Program-made: the position numbers and the translations under genes | Assembly (NCBI RefSeq): GCF_902713615.1 | Contig: NC_052162.1 | Span: 117,667,989 to 117,731,988 of the forward strand | Origin: Scyliorhinus canicula | Taxonomy: Eukaryota | Direction: 5' to 3' | Length of the DNA: 64,000 nt | Notes under the pieces: generated by a model | What the model saw: the letters and a program-made list of their open reading frames with translations, nothing else | Told to the model about the DNA's origin: nothing | Database searches by the model: none | Shown here: one piece after another, positions 1 through 12,000 of the stretch | How the letters are laid out: each line of letters opens with the position of its first letter | How positions within the stretch are numbered: position 1 is the stretch's first letter

Positions 1-139
1 AGAACCAGTCCAAAGTGATTATTCATTCCAGAGGTTTCCATTCTTTTCTTTTCCCAATCTGCAGGCTTTAACCCCAGAACTGTCTTTCACAGTGAATGAT
101 TGACGAGCTACCAGAAAACCAAGAGTCGGCATAAATAGG

Positions 140-530
140 TCATTTTCTGGTTGGCAAGATGCAACGAGCGATCTGTCACAGGGATTGGTGCTGGGCCTGA
201 AGGTCTGATCATTATGTTTGTTAATACTGCGGGCAAAAAGGAAAAGGAGGCGGTGCTGCGCCGATAACAAGGATGATGTCAGAACGTAAGGGAGGATCTC
301 AGATCAGGAATACAAAATATGGAAACTGTTTGGGTGGAGCTAAGAAACAGCAGAGGGCAGCAAACATTGGGAAGAGTTGTTTACAGACCACCAAACAGTA
401 GCTGCCGTGTGTGGACTGTAAAAGCTTCTATAGGTACGTAAAAAGGAAATATTTGGCTAAGACAAACGTGGGTCCATTACAGGGAGAGACAGGAGAATTT
501 ATAGTAGTGGGAATAGAAAAATGGCAGAGT
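140..530 (+). mobile_element. Degenerate CR1-clade LINE ORF2 fragments
   Basis: Conceptual translation gives ETVWVELRN..VVYRPPNS (APE endonuclease) and KSFYRYVKRK..NVGPLQGETGEF, typical of CR1 ORF2. Confidence 0.65.
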
Positions 531-544
531 ATCTACATTTTTAA

Positions 545-741
545 AATTAAATTTAGAGTATCCAATTAAGGGGCAATTTAGCATGACCAATCCACCTACC
601 CTGCACATCTTTGGGTTGATGGAGTGAGACCCATGCAGAAACGGGGAGAATGTGCAAACTCCACATGGACAGTGACCTGGGGCCAGGATCGAACCTGGGT
701 CCTCAGTGCTGTAGGCAGCAGGGCTAACCACTGCAGCACCA
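545..741 (-). mobile_element. tRNA-derived V-SINE (HE1-like)
   Basis: A/B-box head plus V-domain (TGTGGAGTTTGCACATTCTCCCCG) on the minus strand. Confidence 0.8.
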
Positions 742-1607
742 GTATATTACCTCCTATCCCATGTGGGCTTTCATTTTGCTAACTAACCTCCTGTGGGGTG
801 TTTATCAAAGAACATCCTGAACCTCCAAGTGTACTACATCCACGGACTCTCCTTGATCAATTCTGTTAGTGACATCCTCAAAATCTCCAAAACGTTCGTC
901 AAACATGATTCCCTATTCCTAAATCCATGTTGAGTATTCTGAGTTTGCTCTCATATTCTAATTCCTCATCATCAGTTTCTTGGTCCGCCTTTGCTGAATT
1001 CTAAACAAGTTCCCAATCCTCAGGCTTACTACACTCTTACCCACTTTCTGAACCTCTTCCTTTGAACTAATGTGAATCTTAAACTTTGCTTGCCACGTTT
1101 CCATCACATTTCCTGTGGATTTTTATTTCTAAAAGGAATTTATATTTGATGTAAATATGTAATAATATTTTAAATGCCAGCAATTGTCTATCTATTGTCA
1201 CACTTTTTACTATAAGTTCCCAATGTGTCACAACTTGTCCCTCATACCTTGACAGTTGCCTTCTTTGAGAAACACCCAGATAAATTAAACAAAAGAATCA
1301 TGTAACCACCATAGCCCATCTTCATGGCAATGTGGCTGCTTTGGAGGTTTCCAATCAGGAATGGGAACAAAATAACTTCCAACATCCAAATACCCTTTCA
1401 GTCTCTGGTCCTCGTGAAACTTGGAACCAGGTATTCACAACAAGGCCCAAAGAGCATCAGCCCACAGGAGGCAAAGTCGTGAGACCGGCCAGTCCAGCAG
1501 AAGGAAACCCTCCCACCATCCCCATTGACCAACTGACAGAATGAACACAATGCAGTCCTGGCTGTAATTAAGAGCAGAAATATTAATAACAGAATCCAAT
1601 CCCTTGT

Positions 1608-2346
<739 letters not shown>

Positions 2347-2877
2347 GTTGCTGGTGTCCTTGTGTCTCTCCAAGTCGGACAATCAGTTAAAGTCTCACAC
2401 AAGATACGGGAACTTTCTCTCTCCGCTGTGAATGGTGTGATGTTTTTTCAGGTTGTGTATCTGGTTGAAGCTCTTTCCACAGTCAGTGCACTGGAACACT
2501 CTCACTCGGGTGTGTGTGTGTCTCGGTGCTTTTCCAGTCACACTGATGTTTAAAATCTCTTGAAGCCGAACAGAACAGACAAACGTTTGTTATTCTAGAT
2601 TGACAGGCCAATGATATTCAGAACCCAATGAATCGAATTACTCTGTCAGATGTTGATGCAATGTTTCGTTTTGAGATTTCTGTCTGTAAACCTTCCTCTT
2701 CTAATATCCTGTAAAAGGAGTTTACAAAATACCATCACTGTCAGTACAGGATAGAAATTCAGAACAGACAATTGTAGTTTCTCTGGAACATTTTTTCCTC
2801 TCTCATTACCCAAAAGGTGTAAATCTCCATCCCACACACTCTCCCTCCATTCTCACTCTGCTGTATCTAATATTCAC

Positions 2878-2943
2878 CCTCCCAATTCACCTGAAAGTGC
2901 TGATTCAGGCTGATTGACAGATCCCTGCTCACTGCTTCCTGTC
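2878..2943 (-). other. Predicted 66-bp exon 2 of ZNF A (intron 2 = 2709-2877)
   Basis: tccag|GACAGG...TTGGGAGG|gtgaat followed by the acceptor ttttacag|GATATTAG; the same module occurs in C, D, E, F and H. Confidence 0.65.
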
Positions 2944-3339
2944 CTGGACAGGTACCTGAAAATCTTCATGCAGGCTGCCAGACAGATATGTGTCTGTATT
3001 ACTGGACTGAAAATGTTTTAATGTATAGGATTGTTCCGGTTGGTTAAGATACAGGGGGTTGTGACTGATCATGTCCTTGAACTTGCTGCCTATGAGGGGA
3101 GTCAAGCAGAGATAATAAAGTGCTGCAGGGTTACAGAATGGGACCCACTCGAGACTGACAGAATTGCCCAACAGACAGTCAGCATCAACTCAAAAGGCCC
3201 AATGGACTCCTCTTCTGTTATAAATCTGATTGGAAATATATAACGTAGCTACTGTACTACAGTCCAAAACAAGAATAATGAATGTATTTTATTTCATAAC
3301 CATCAGTAATAATCTAATCTGTGTCATATAACACACAGT

Positions 3340-3652
3340 GAGGCACAGTGGTTTGCACTACTGCCTCACAGCATGAGGGAACCGGATTCAATTCCAGCCT
3401 CGGCTGATTGTCTGTGTGGAGTTTGCACGTTCTCCCCGTGTCTGTGTGGGTTTCCTCCGGGTGCTCCGGTTTCCTCCCACATTCCAAAGATGTGCAGATT
3501 AGGTGGATTAGCCGTGCTAAATTGCCCCTTAGTGTCCAATAAGGTTAGCTAGGGATAGGGTGGGGGCTTGGGCCTCGGTGGGCTGCTCTTTTGGAGAGTT
3601 GGTACAGACTTGATGGGCCCAATGGCCTCTTTCTGCACTGTAGGGATTCTAT
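3340..3652 (+). mobile_element. V-SINE (HE1-like), near full length
   Basis: tRNA-like head, V-domain and CR1-derived tail (GATGGGCC..ATGGCCTC..TTCTATG). Confidence 0.85.
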
Positions 3653-3999
3653 GAAAACAGAGTTTTACAGCAGAGCCAGAGGCCCTTCGGCCCATCATTT
3701 CTGCATCAGCCATCGAGCATGTATGAATTCCAATCACTTGGACCATAGCCTTGTATGCTATGGCCTATCAAGTGCTCATCTCAATGCTTCTTCAATGTTG
3801 TGAGGTTTCCCGCCTCTGCCACGCTTTCAGGCAGCGAGTTCCAGATTCCCACCACCCACTGGTGAAAATGTTTTTCCTCAAATCCCATCTAAATCTCCTG
3901 CCCCTCACCTTAAATTTCTGCCCACTGTTTATTGACCTGTCAACTAAGGGGAAAGCTCTCTTCCTATCTACTCTAGCTGTGTCCTTCATAAATTTGTAT

Positions 4000-4265
4000 A
4001 ATAATAATCTTTATTGTCACAGATAGGCTTACATTAACACTGCAATGAAGTTACCGTGAAAAGCTCCGAGTTGCTACACTGCGGCGGCTGTTCAGGTACA
4101 CAGAGGGAGAATTCAGAATGTCCAAATTACCTAACAGCACGTCTTTCGGAACTTGTGGGAGGAAACCGGAGCACCCGGAGGAAATCCATGGAGACACGGG
4201 GAGAATCGAACGTTGGACCCTGGCACTGTGAAGCAACAGTGCTAACCACTATGCTACCGTGCCAC
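4000..4265 (-). mobile_element. tRNA-derived SINE
   Basis: Head GGGCAGCACGGTAGCATAGTGGTTAGC-like; tail ..GTGACAATAAAGATTATTAT. Confidence 0.75.
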
Positions 4266-4602
4266 CCATATTACATATCTCCTCAGCCTCCTCGGCTCCC
4301 AGGAAACTCCTAACCAGGTTCTCTTCATCGCTGAAACGCCCAGGCAACATGCTTAATGAATCTCCTCTGCATCCTCTCCAGTGCAATCACATCCTTCCTG
4401 TAGTGTGGCAACCAGAACTGCACTCAGTACTCCAGCTATGGCTTAAAGAGTGTTTTACACAGCTCCATCGTAACCTCCGTGCTCTTATCTTCTATACCTC
4501 AGCTAATCGAAGTGTCCCATATCTGTTCTGAATCACCATATCCATCTTTCCTATTGACTTCAAAGATCTATGGACAGGGACATTAAGGTCCCTCTGACCC
4601 TC

Positions 4603-5723
4603 ATAGGGTAGGGGTTAGGAGGTTGAGGGACCTGTTTGTGGAGGGGAGGTTCGCGAGCTTGGGGGAGTTAGAGGGGAAGTTTGGGCTCCCCCCGGGGAAC
4701 ATGTTTAGGTACATGCAGGTGAGGGCGTTTGCCAGGCGGCAGGTGGAGGGGTTCCCCTTGCTGCCCCCACGTGGGGTGCAGGACAGGGTGCTCTCGGGGT
4801 TGTGGGTTGGAGGAGGGAGGATTTCGAACATATACCGGGTGATGCAGGAGGTAGACGAGGCCTCGGTGGAGGAACTGAAGGGTAAATGGGAAGAGGAGCT
4901 GGGTGAGGAGATTGAGGAGGGGACGTGGGCGGATGTCCTGGAGAGAGTGAATTCCTCCTCTTCCTGTGCGAGGCTTAGCCTCATACAGTTCAAGGTGCTG
5001 CATAGGGCCCACATGACTGGGACGAGGATGAGTAGGTTTTTTGGGGGCGAAGACAGGTGTGCTAGGTGCTCGGGGGGGGTCCAGCAAACCACGCCCATAT
5101 GTTTTGGGCATGCCCAGCGCTGGGGGAGTTTTGGAAGGGGGTAGCAAGGACGGTGTCGAGGGTGGTGGGATCCAGGGTCGAGCCAGGCTTGGGACTCGCA
5201 ATTTTTGGGGTGGCAGTGGAGCCGGGAGTGCAGGAGGCGAAAGAGGCCGGTGTTCTGGCCTTTGCGTCCCTAGTAGCCCGGTGGAGGATCTTGCTCCAGT
5301 GGAAGGATGCGAGGCCCCCAAGCTTAAGGCCTGGATCAATGATATGGCGGGGTTCATCAAATTGGAGAAGGTGAAATTTGCCCTGAGGGGATCAGTACAA
5401 GGGTTCTTTAGGCGGTGGCAGCCTTTCCTGGACTTCCTGGCGGAACGGTAGGGAAATAGGCCGGCAGCAGCAGCAACCCGGGGGGGGGAGGGGGGGGTTT
5501 GGTTTGGTGGGAGGGAGAACGGTGTACATGGGATTGTGGGATGTGGCGGGTGTTATTTCTTTCCCTTTTGGTGTTTGGGTGTTCTTTTGTTTTTTCATTT
5601 GTTTGTAGTTGCGTTTGAAGATGGGTGGGTGTTGTTCTTGGGGTGTTGCCGCGGTTGTTTTGTTAATATAGTTGTGATGTTAATATTTTGTAAAAATTTC
5701 AATAAAAATTATTTTTTTAAAAA
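4603..5723 (+). mobile_element. 5'-truncated L1-clade LINE with 18-bp TSD, nested in a CR1 fragment
   Basis: ORF2 C-terminus with CARC..HMFWACP zinc knuckle, AATAAA and A-tail; TSD AAGGTCCCTCTGACCCTC at 4585-4602 and 5724-5741. Confidence 0.92.
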
Positions 5724-5949
5724 AAGGTCCCTCTGACCCTCTGTACTTCCGAGAGTCCTACTATTCATTGTATATTCCCTTTCCTTTTAATCCTCCCACA
5801 ATGCATTGCCTCACACTTTTCAGGGTTAAATTCCATTTGCTACTGTTCTAACCATCTAACCAGTCCGACAACACCCTTTAATCTTTCCTCCTCACTACTT
5901 ATCATACAAACAACTTTTGTATCATCTGTGAACATACTTGATCATACAC

Positions 5950-6260
5950 AAGAACATAAGAACTAGGAGTAGGAGTAGGCCATATGGCCCCTCAAGCCTG
6001 CTCCGCCATTCAATGAGATCATGGCTGATGTTTTGTGGACTCAGCTCCACTTTCCGGCCCGAACACCATAACCCTTAATCCCTTTATTCTTCAAAAAACT
6101 ATCGATCCTTACCTTAAAAACATGTAATGAAGGAGCCTCAACTGCTTCACTGGGCAAGGAATTCCACAGATTCACAACCCTTTGGGTGAAGAAGTTCCTC
6201 TTTCAAAAGTTTCCCTACCACTGAGGTTAGTCTCACTGGTCTGTAATTTCCTGAATTTTC
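5950..6260 (-). mobile_element. CR1/HER1-type LINE 3' end
   Basis: (CATAAGAA)-type tail plus GGCCAT..GCCCCTC..GCC stem; matches other CR1 3' ends in the window. Confidence 0.75.
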
Positions 6261-6403
6261 CCTACTTCACTTTTTGAATAATGGAACCACATTATTTGCC
6301 TCCAGTCCTCCGGCACTGCTCCTGTGACCAGAGCCTCTGCAATCTTCTCTCTTGCAGCCCACAGCAGCCTGGGAAACATATTATCTGGGCCTGGGGTTTT
6401 AAA

Positions 6404-7243
6404 CAATTGAAGGTCAGAATGAGTAAAGAAATGGAAAGGGGGAGAAAAGAAAGTGTTTTACTCACAGAAGTTGGGGACAGGAGGACGTTTCAATCTGTGT
6501 GAAGCTCAATCTTCATTCATACAGAGGAGCAGCAGTTTTGCTGGGCTGACAGTGGACAAGCTCCGTGCAACCTTGATCAGTGATATTGTGCTGGAAGTAT
6601 TTGTGACGTCACAATGACGCCATGCATTAATCATCCAATAGCAATTACTCTGCTGTGCGATGATGTCTCCGGGTCCCAGTGCGAAGGCCGGCCGCGCGGA
6701 CACGGGAGCCCCGCCCCCAGCGACTATGTCCCCGCCCCCACCGACTGTGACCCCTCTTCCTGCACCTCCTCGAGACAAGGTTTCCAGGCAACCGTCTGAT
6801 ATTCCCGCCACAGTGAGATCTCTCACTCCACCCCCTGGCCTGGGACTGCGCATGTCCAAGGAGGAGGGGAAGTTGCGTATGGGCAGTGGAGAACCCGTCC
6901 TTGAACTTCCTGCTGAGATGTTGACCAATGGGAATATGCTGAAAACCGGAAGGACTCTGGTCCTCCAACCAATCAAAGTGCGGGTTTTGGGTTAATGAAG
7001 ATTGAGTTTCACACAGACTGAAAGATCCTCCTGTCTCCAACATCTGTGAGTAAAACACTTTCTTTTCTCCCCCTTTCATTTATTTTCTCATTCTCACCTT
7101 CAATTGGTCACTTGCAGCAACTGAAGGGAAAGGAAGTGAATCCAGGGAGGGTGCAGACCCTGGAAAGGTTGGCCCAGATCGCGCTCTCTTAAATACATTG
7201 ACATCCTTTCCTCCCACAGCTTAACACATTTATTTGTCTGGCT
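6404..7243. promoter_or_regulatory. Bidirectional promoter cassette P1 with inverted exon-1/donor arms (serves A and B)
   Basis: CpG-rich core; CRE TGACGTCA 6604-6611; GC box; TGCGCATG; CCAAT 6925 and 6969 flanking ETS ACCGGAAG 6945; inverted arms 6404-6520 and 6994-7105, each with a CT|GTGAGT donor (6465 minus, 7046 plus). Confidence 0.75.
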
Positions 7244-7733
7244 GGAATGGAGGGAGTGTGTGTGGGGTGGAAAATTACAGTTTTGGGAGAAACAAGAGGG
7301 AAAACAATATTCCATAAAAACAGAATTGTCTTTTCTGAATTTCTATCCTGTACTGATAATTAATTTTGGAAACTCCTTTTACAGGATGTTTAAAGAGGAG
7401 GATTTACAGACAGAAATCTCAAACCAGACATCATGTCAGCATCTGCCAAAGACATTCAGATTCACAGGGCCTGAATATCATTGGCCTTGAGTCTCGAGGG
7501 AGAAATGTTTGTTTTGACTACTTCAAAAGATTTTAATCATCAGTGTGACTGAAAGAGCACTGAGACACACAAGTGGGAGTGTTACAGTTAACTGACTGTG
7601 AAAATAACTTAACACAGCCTGAAAAAAAAATCACACCATTCATAGCAGGGAGAGACTGTGTGTGTTGTGTGTGTGTGTGAGCCAAGCCATCAACCGATTC
7701 CCAAACCTGGCGAGTCACATAAACACCAGCCAA

Positions 7734-8579
7734 ATGGAGAAGCCATGGAAATGTGGGGATTGTGGGAAGGGATACAAAGCCCCATCTGAGCTGGAAATTC
7801 ATCGACGCAGCCACACTGGGGAGAGGCCGTTCACCTGCCCTGAGTGTGGGAAGGGATTCGCTCGGTTATTTAACCTTCAGTTACATCAGCGAATTCACAC
7901 CCAGGAGAGGCCATTCACCTGCTCTGAGTGTGGGAAAGGGTTCACCAAGTCATCCAACCTGAAGTTACACCAGAGAGTTCACACTGGAGAACGGCCATAC
8001 ACCTGCTCTCGGTGTGCGAAGGGATTCATTGATTCATCCACTCTACAGAAACATCAGCGAGTTCACACCAGGGAAAAGCCGTTCTCCTGCTCTGACTGTG
8101 GGAAGGGATTCGCTCAGTCATCCCACCTGCAGACACATCAGCGAATTCACAATGGGGAGCGGCCTTTTACTTGCTCTGCGTGTGGGAAGGGATTCACTCA
8201 GTTATCCAACCTGCTGTCACACCAGCGGGTTCACAGTGGGGAGAGGCCGTTCACCTGCTCCATGTGTGGGAAAGCATTCATTGATTCATCCACTCTGCAG
8301 AGACACCAGAGAGTTCACACCGGGGAAAAGCCGTTCACCTGCTCTGACTGTGGGAAGGGATTCGCTCAGTCATACCACCTGCAGACACACCAGCGGGTTC
8401 ACACTGGGGAGCAGCCTTTTACCTGCCCCATGTGTGGGAAGGGATTCACTCAGTCGTCCCACCTGCAGACACACCAGCGGGTTCACAGTGGAGAGAGGCC
8501 GTTCACCTGCTCTGTGTGTGGGAAGGGATTTATTTGTTCATCTGAGCTGCTAAGACACCAGGGCAGTCACACTGATTAG
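7734..8579 (+). CDS. ZNF gene B, C2H2 zinc-finger protein, 10 fingers, 281 aa, no KRAB/SCAN/BTB domain
   Basis: Open frame from the [13 protein letters not shown] with TGERP linkers; acceptor ttttacag|G at 7384/7385. Confidence 0.9.
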   Translation: MEKPWKCGDCGKGYKAPSELEIHRRSHTGERPFTCPECGKGFARLFNLQLHQRIHTQERPFTCSECGKGFTKSSNLKLHQRVHTGERPYTCSRCAKGFIDSSTLQKHQRVHTREKPFSCSDCGKGFAQSSHLQTHQRIHNGERPFTCSACGKGFTQLSNLLSHQRVHSGERPFTCSMCGKAFIDSSTLQRHQRVHTGEKPFTCSDCGKGFAQSYHLQTHQRVHTGEQPFTCPMCGKGFTQSSHLQTHQRVHSGERPFTCSVCGKGFICSSELLRHQGSHTD

Positions 8580-8653
8580 AGACTTTTTAGATGCTCTGAC
8601 TGTGGGTGTTAATTGTATCTGTTGGGTTTCAGTATACACAGTATTGATTAGAT

Positions 8654-9036
8654 TAGGGGTGGGCAAACTATGGCCCGCGGGCCGCATGCGGCCCGCCAAA
8701 GGTCTTTATGCGGCCCACCAAGTCATTAAAAAATTTTTTTTTTTAAAAACTTTAAAAAAAAAAAATTTTTTTTTAAAGGTTAATGGGGGGGGGGGGGGGG
8801 CTGTTGGGTTACTTACTGGTATAGGGTGGATACGTTGACTTGAGTAGGGTGATCATTGCTCGGCACAACATCGAGGGCCGAAGGGCCCGTTCTGTGCTGT
8901 ACTGTTCTATGTTCTACATGAGGCGCCCAGAATCATAACCGGGTGAAGTAATCATTTTACTTAATATACTATGCGGCCCTTTAAAATTGTGAATTTCTGA
9001 ATGTGGCCCTTGCACGGAAAAGTTTGCCCACCCCTG
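8654..9036. mobile_element. Non-autonomous hAT (Charlie-like) DNA transposon/MITE
   Basis: 16-bp TIR (T/C)AGGGGTGGGCAAACT; perfect 8-bp TSD GATTAGAT at 8646-8653 and 9037-9044; SINE/CR1 tail nested at ~8780-8917. Confidence 0.92.
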
Positions 9037-9704
9037 GATTAGATGGTTACTTGAGCCATTCTTCATTCCCGGTGGGCACTGCGGGGGTTGAGCTGCATCA
9101 TTGACTCACAAGATAACATTTTAGTTTCAAGTTTTATAACTTTACTTTGGTAATTTGTTTTTTGTTTCACTGCCTATTCAATGTTATTTGTTTTAAAGGA
9201 GCAGAAAGAGACACTGACTGACATCAGGTGGTGTCAGGTGGTCTATAAATGTAACATTTCACTCTGTGAACAAATCCACACCAAATAGAGATTGAGTCCA
9301 CCCTGAGACTGGATTTTAAAAAAAGTTTTAGCAAATCTCCCAGATGATTTCTGGAAGGAGATTTTTTCTTTTATTTTCACAAGATTCTTAATACAACTGC
9401 TAATGACGAGAGAAGAAATGAGTCATTGATTATACATAGAATAAGAGTTCAGCAAATACCCAGTCTGTGTGAATAGATGAACAAATACCCAGTCTGTTGC
9501 TGAATCCAGCAATGGGAATAGAATTAAAAATATATACTTGACTGTCGGAAGTTTGCTGACAAAGTTGGTCAATAATTATTCCTGTTGACCAGTAATATAT
9601 CAATTTCACACCTCTAGTGTAAATATCTTTTTCTCTCCAAAATACTTTTAATATTTGTTTTGAGCCTATTGGTTACTGTAGAAACCAGGATTGGCTAAAC
9701 CCAG

Positions 9705-10146
9705 CCAACTGCACCATCTAGTGGAGTAATCTCAGACTGCAGGGTGCCAACTGCACCATCTAGTGGAGTAATCTCAGACTGCAGGGTGCCAACTGCACCA
9801 TCTAGTGGAGTAATCTCAGACTGCAGGGTGCCAACTGCACCATCTAGTGGAGTAATCTCAGACTGCAGGGTGCCAACTGCACCATCTAGTGGAGTAATCT
9901 CAGACTGCAGGGTGCCAACTACACCATCTAGTGGAGTAATCTCAGACTGCAGGGTGCCAACTGCACCATCTAGTGGAGTAATCTCAGGATGCAGGGTGCC
10001 AACTGCACCATCTAGTGGAGTAATCTCAGATTGCAGGGTGCCAACTGCACCATCTAGTGGAGTAATCTCATATTGTAGGGTGCCAACTGCACCATCTAGT
10101 GGAGTAATCTCAGATTGCAGGGTGCCAACTGCACCATCTAGTGGAG
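9705..10146 (-). repeat. 42-bp minisatellite (~10.5 units), each unit with a CTCF-like site
   Basis: Unit CCAACTGCACCATCTAGTGGAGTAATCTCAGACTGCAGGGTG; minus strand reads TGCAG-N12-CCACTAGATGGTGCAG. Confidence 0.9.
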
Positions 10147-10844
10147 CCGCGCAGAATTACAGTCAAAGCCTGGTCGACAATGGTTGATAAACTCATGGTC
10201 GTCCTGTGGTATTTCCAGTCCGTGTTGTCAGAACCCCAGCTGCTCGCTGGCTGAGGTACACAGCTGTGTTCCCTCTGGACATCTGCTGAGGTAGCTCTCC
10301 AGGGTCGTACACGGTGTTGGCTCAGCCATTATACTCCCTACAGTTAGATATCTCAGTGGTCCTCAGTCCTGAAGCTCCAGCTGCGGTAAGTGTGAGCAGC
10401 TTCTGGGTTTGTGAGGTGGGGTTGGTGTGCCATGGCTGAGCTGACAGGAAGAGAAGCGGAGGTGTAGCTGTGACCCTTTGCGATGGAGTGTGTGAACCCC
10501 TCGTCCTTACCAATGTCAAACCAACACGAATTTGCTGCTTGCTATCACTGTCCTTCAGCTAACAAACCTTCAGTCAATTCCTCAGCACCTCACCCAATTG
10601 GGGTGGAACCGATTGTTCACACCGGGCAGAGACGAGGCAGGTTCTGAGGGAGGCTGGACGAGGGCAGGATCAGCAACTCACATTTTTACTCCAGGAATTG
10701 CATCCAACTAACCTACAACAAAATTCCCTCTCCAGCCTGAACACCAGGCAGCCTGGCCAGGATCGGCACATTCCCGGATAGATCCTGTGACGAGTAACCG
10801 GAGATTGTTGTCACTTGTGTTGTACATTGTTTATCAAGGAAGCA

Positions 10845-12000
10845 TTTCTTTTTTTAAAAAATCACTTTTATTTTTGTAACAAATTACACATTCAGCAACA
10901 CAACAGGGGTGAGAGTAACAGTGGGAGAGATCAGAGCCACATGATGGGAGCTGCCTCGTTCACTGATGCTGTGGCCGGGTTCCGCATCTTCACCCAGCAA
11001 TAGATCTTGAAGCACATGACCCATTCCTGGTGACACTGTTTATTCCAGTTTAATATTGACAGTGCTTAATGCTTCTACACTCCCATACATCCGCTTCATG
11101 AACTGCTAAACGAACGCTGGGAATTTCTCCTGCTGAATACTCTCATGAATAAAGCGCATCAGGTTCAGCTGGTAGGCAATGTTGTGGATGGTGATGTGAT
11201 GGAAGGCGGCAGTGTCACTCCTGAACAGAGCGTGGAGATATGCTCGAGTGTACCTCTTACAAGTCGGGCATTCACAATCCTCATCGATGGGCCCGAAATC
11301 CTTGGCATATTGCCTGTGCTTCAACTGCAAAGATCCCCAGGGAACGAGTGCAGATCCAAACTGCGCTGTGCGTGTGGGAAATACAGTCAAACATGTCACA
11401 GCCCAGAGCCACACACACCACCAGATCTGTCGCATACCCGACTCCCATTAGGTAACGTGGTTTCTCGGGTGGGAGGTACTCTGTGCTCAGCTTCACCATT
11501 CTCCAGAAATGATCCTTCTCCTCCCCTGCCACTCAATCCTCCGATGGCAAAACCAGAGACGCACATTTAATCATCTCTGTCAGACATTTCTTCCACAGTT
11601 CAGCATCCAGACCCCCCTGGATAATGGCAAATAGACTCTGCTGCCCGGGATTCATGTTTGCTGCAATGCAGCGATCCAACCAGCGAACAGACCTGAACAT
11701 GGCTTCCTCCACCCTCGGCCCAGTCACTGTACTGCTGACAACATCATCCAGCCTCATGCCCAGGTGGTAGGTGTTGCCCAGGCAGATTTGGCAGCCCAGC
11801 GCCTCCAGCTGCGGGACGGCGATTCCCTTCAGGGTTCCCTGGGTTCCCACCGGCATAAACACCGGGGTGTCCAGGGCTCCGTGCGGCAGCTGCAGGCGGC
11901 ACAGGCGGGCCCGGCTCACCGGACAGTCGGTGCGGCTCAGAGTCCGGAGCGGGCGGCGCGGGAGGAGGCCTAGTCCCGCCCACCGGCCCGTCACCAGGGC
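10845..12000 (-). pseudogene. QTRT1: Processed pseudogene of queuine tRNA-ribosyltransferase catalytic subunit 1 (eukaryotic TGT)
   Basis: Intronless motifs [61 protein letters not shown] and HNIAYQL; frameshifts near 11560, 11525 and 11380; internal stop at 11106; native stop 11040-11042; AATAAA (tttatt 10867-10872) and a short A-run. Confidence 0.95.

Noticed and set aside
7753-8553. Alternative-frame ORFs over ZNF genes ([11 protein letters not shown] repeats; also in D, E, F and G)
   Set aside because: Usual shadow frames of tandem C2H2 codons; broken at variable positions
9744-10187. 147-aa repeat protein (PTAPSSGVISDCRV)n
   Set aside because: Translation of the minisatellite; GTG start, and no promoter or splice context
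10190-10790. Possible decayed coding or retroelement sequence
   Set aside because: No recognisable motif could be supported by eye
11106-11994. Functional or bacterially acquired tgt gene
   Set aside because: The sequence is vertebrate QTRT1-like, with frameshifts, a premature stop, loss of the catalytic motif and a poly-A signal
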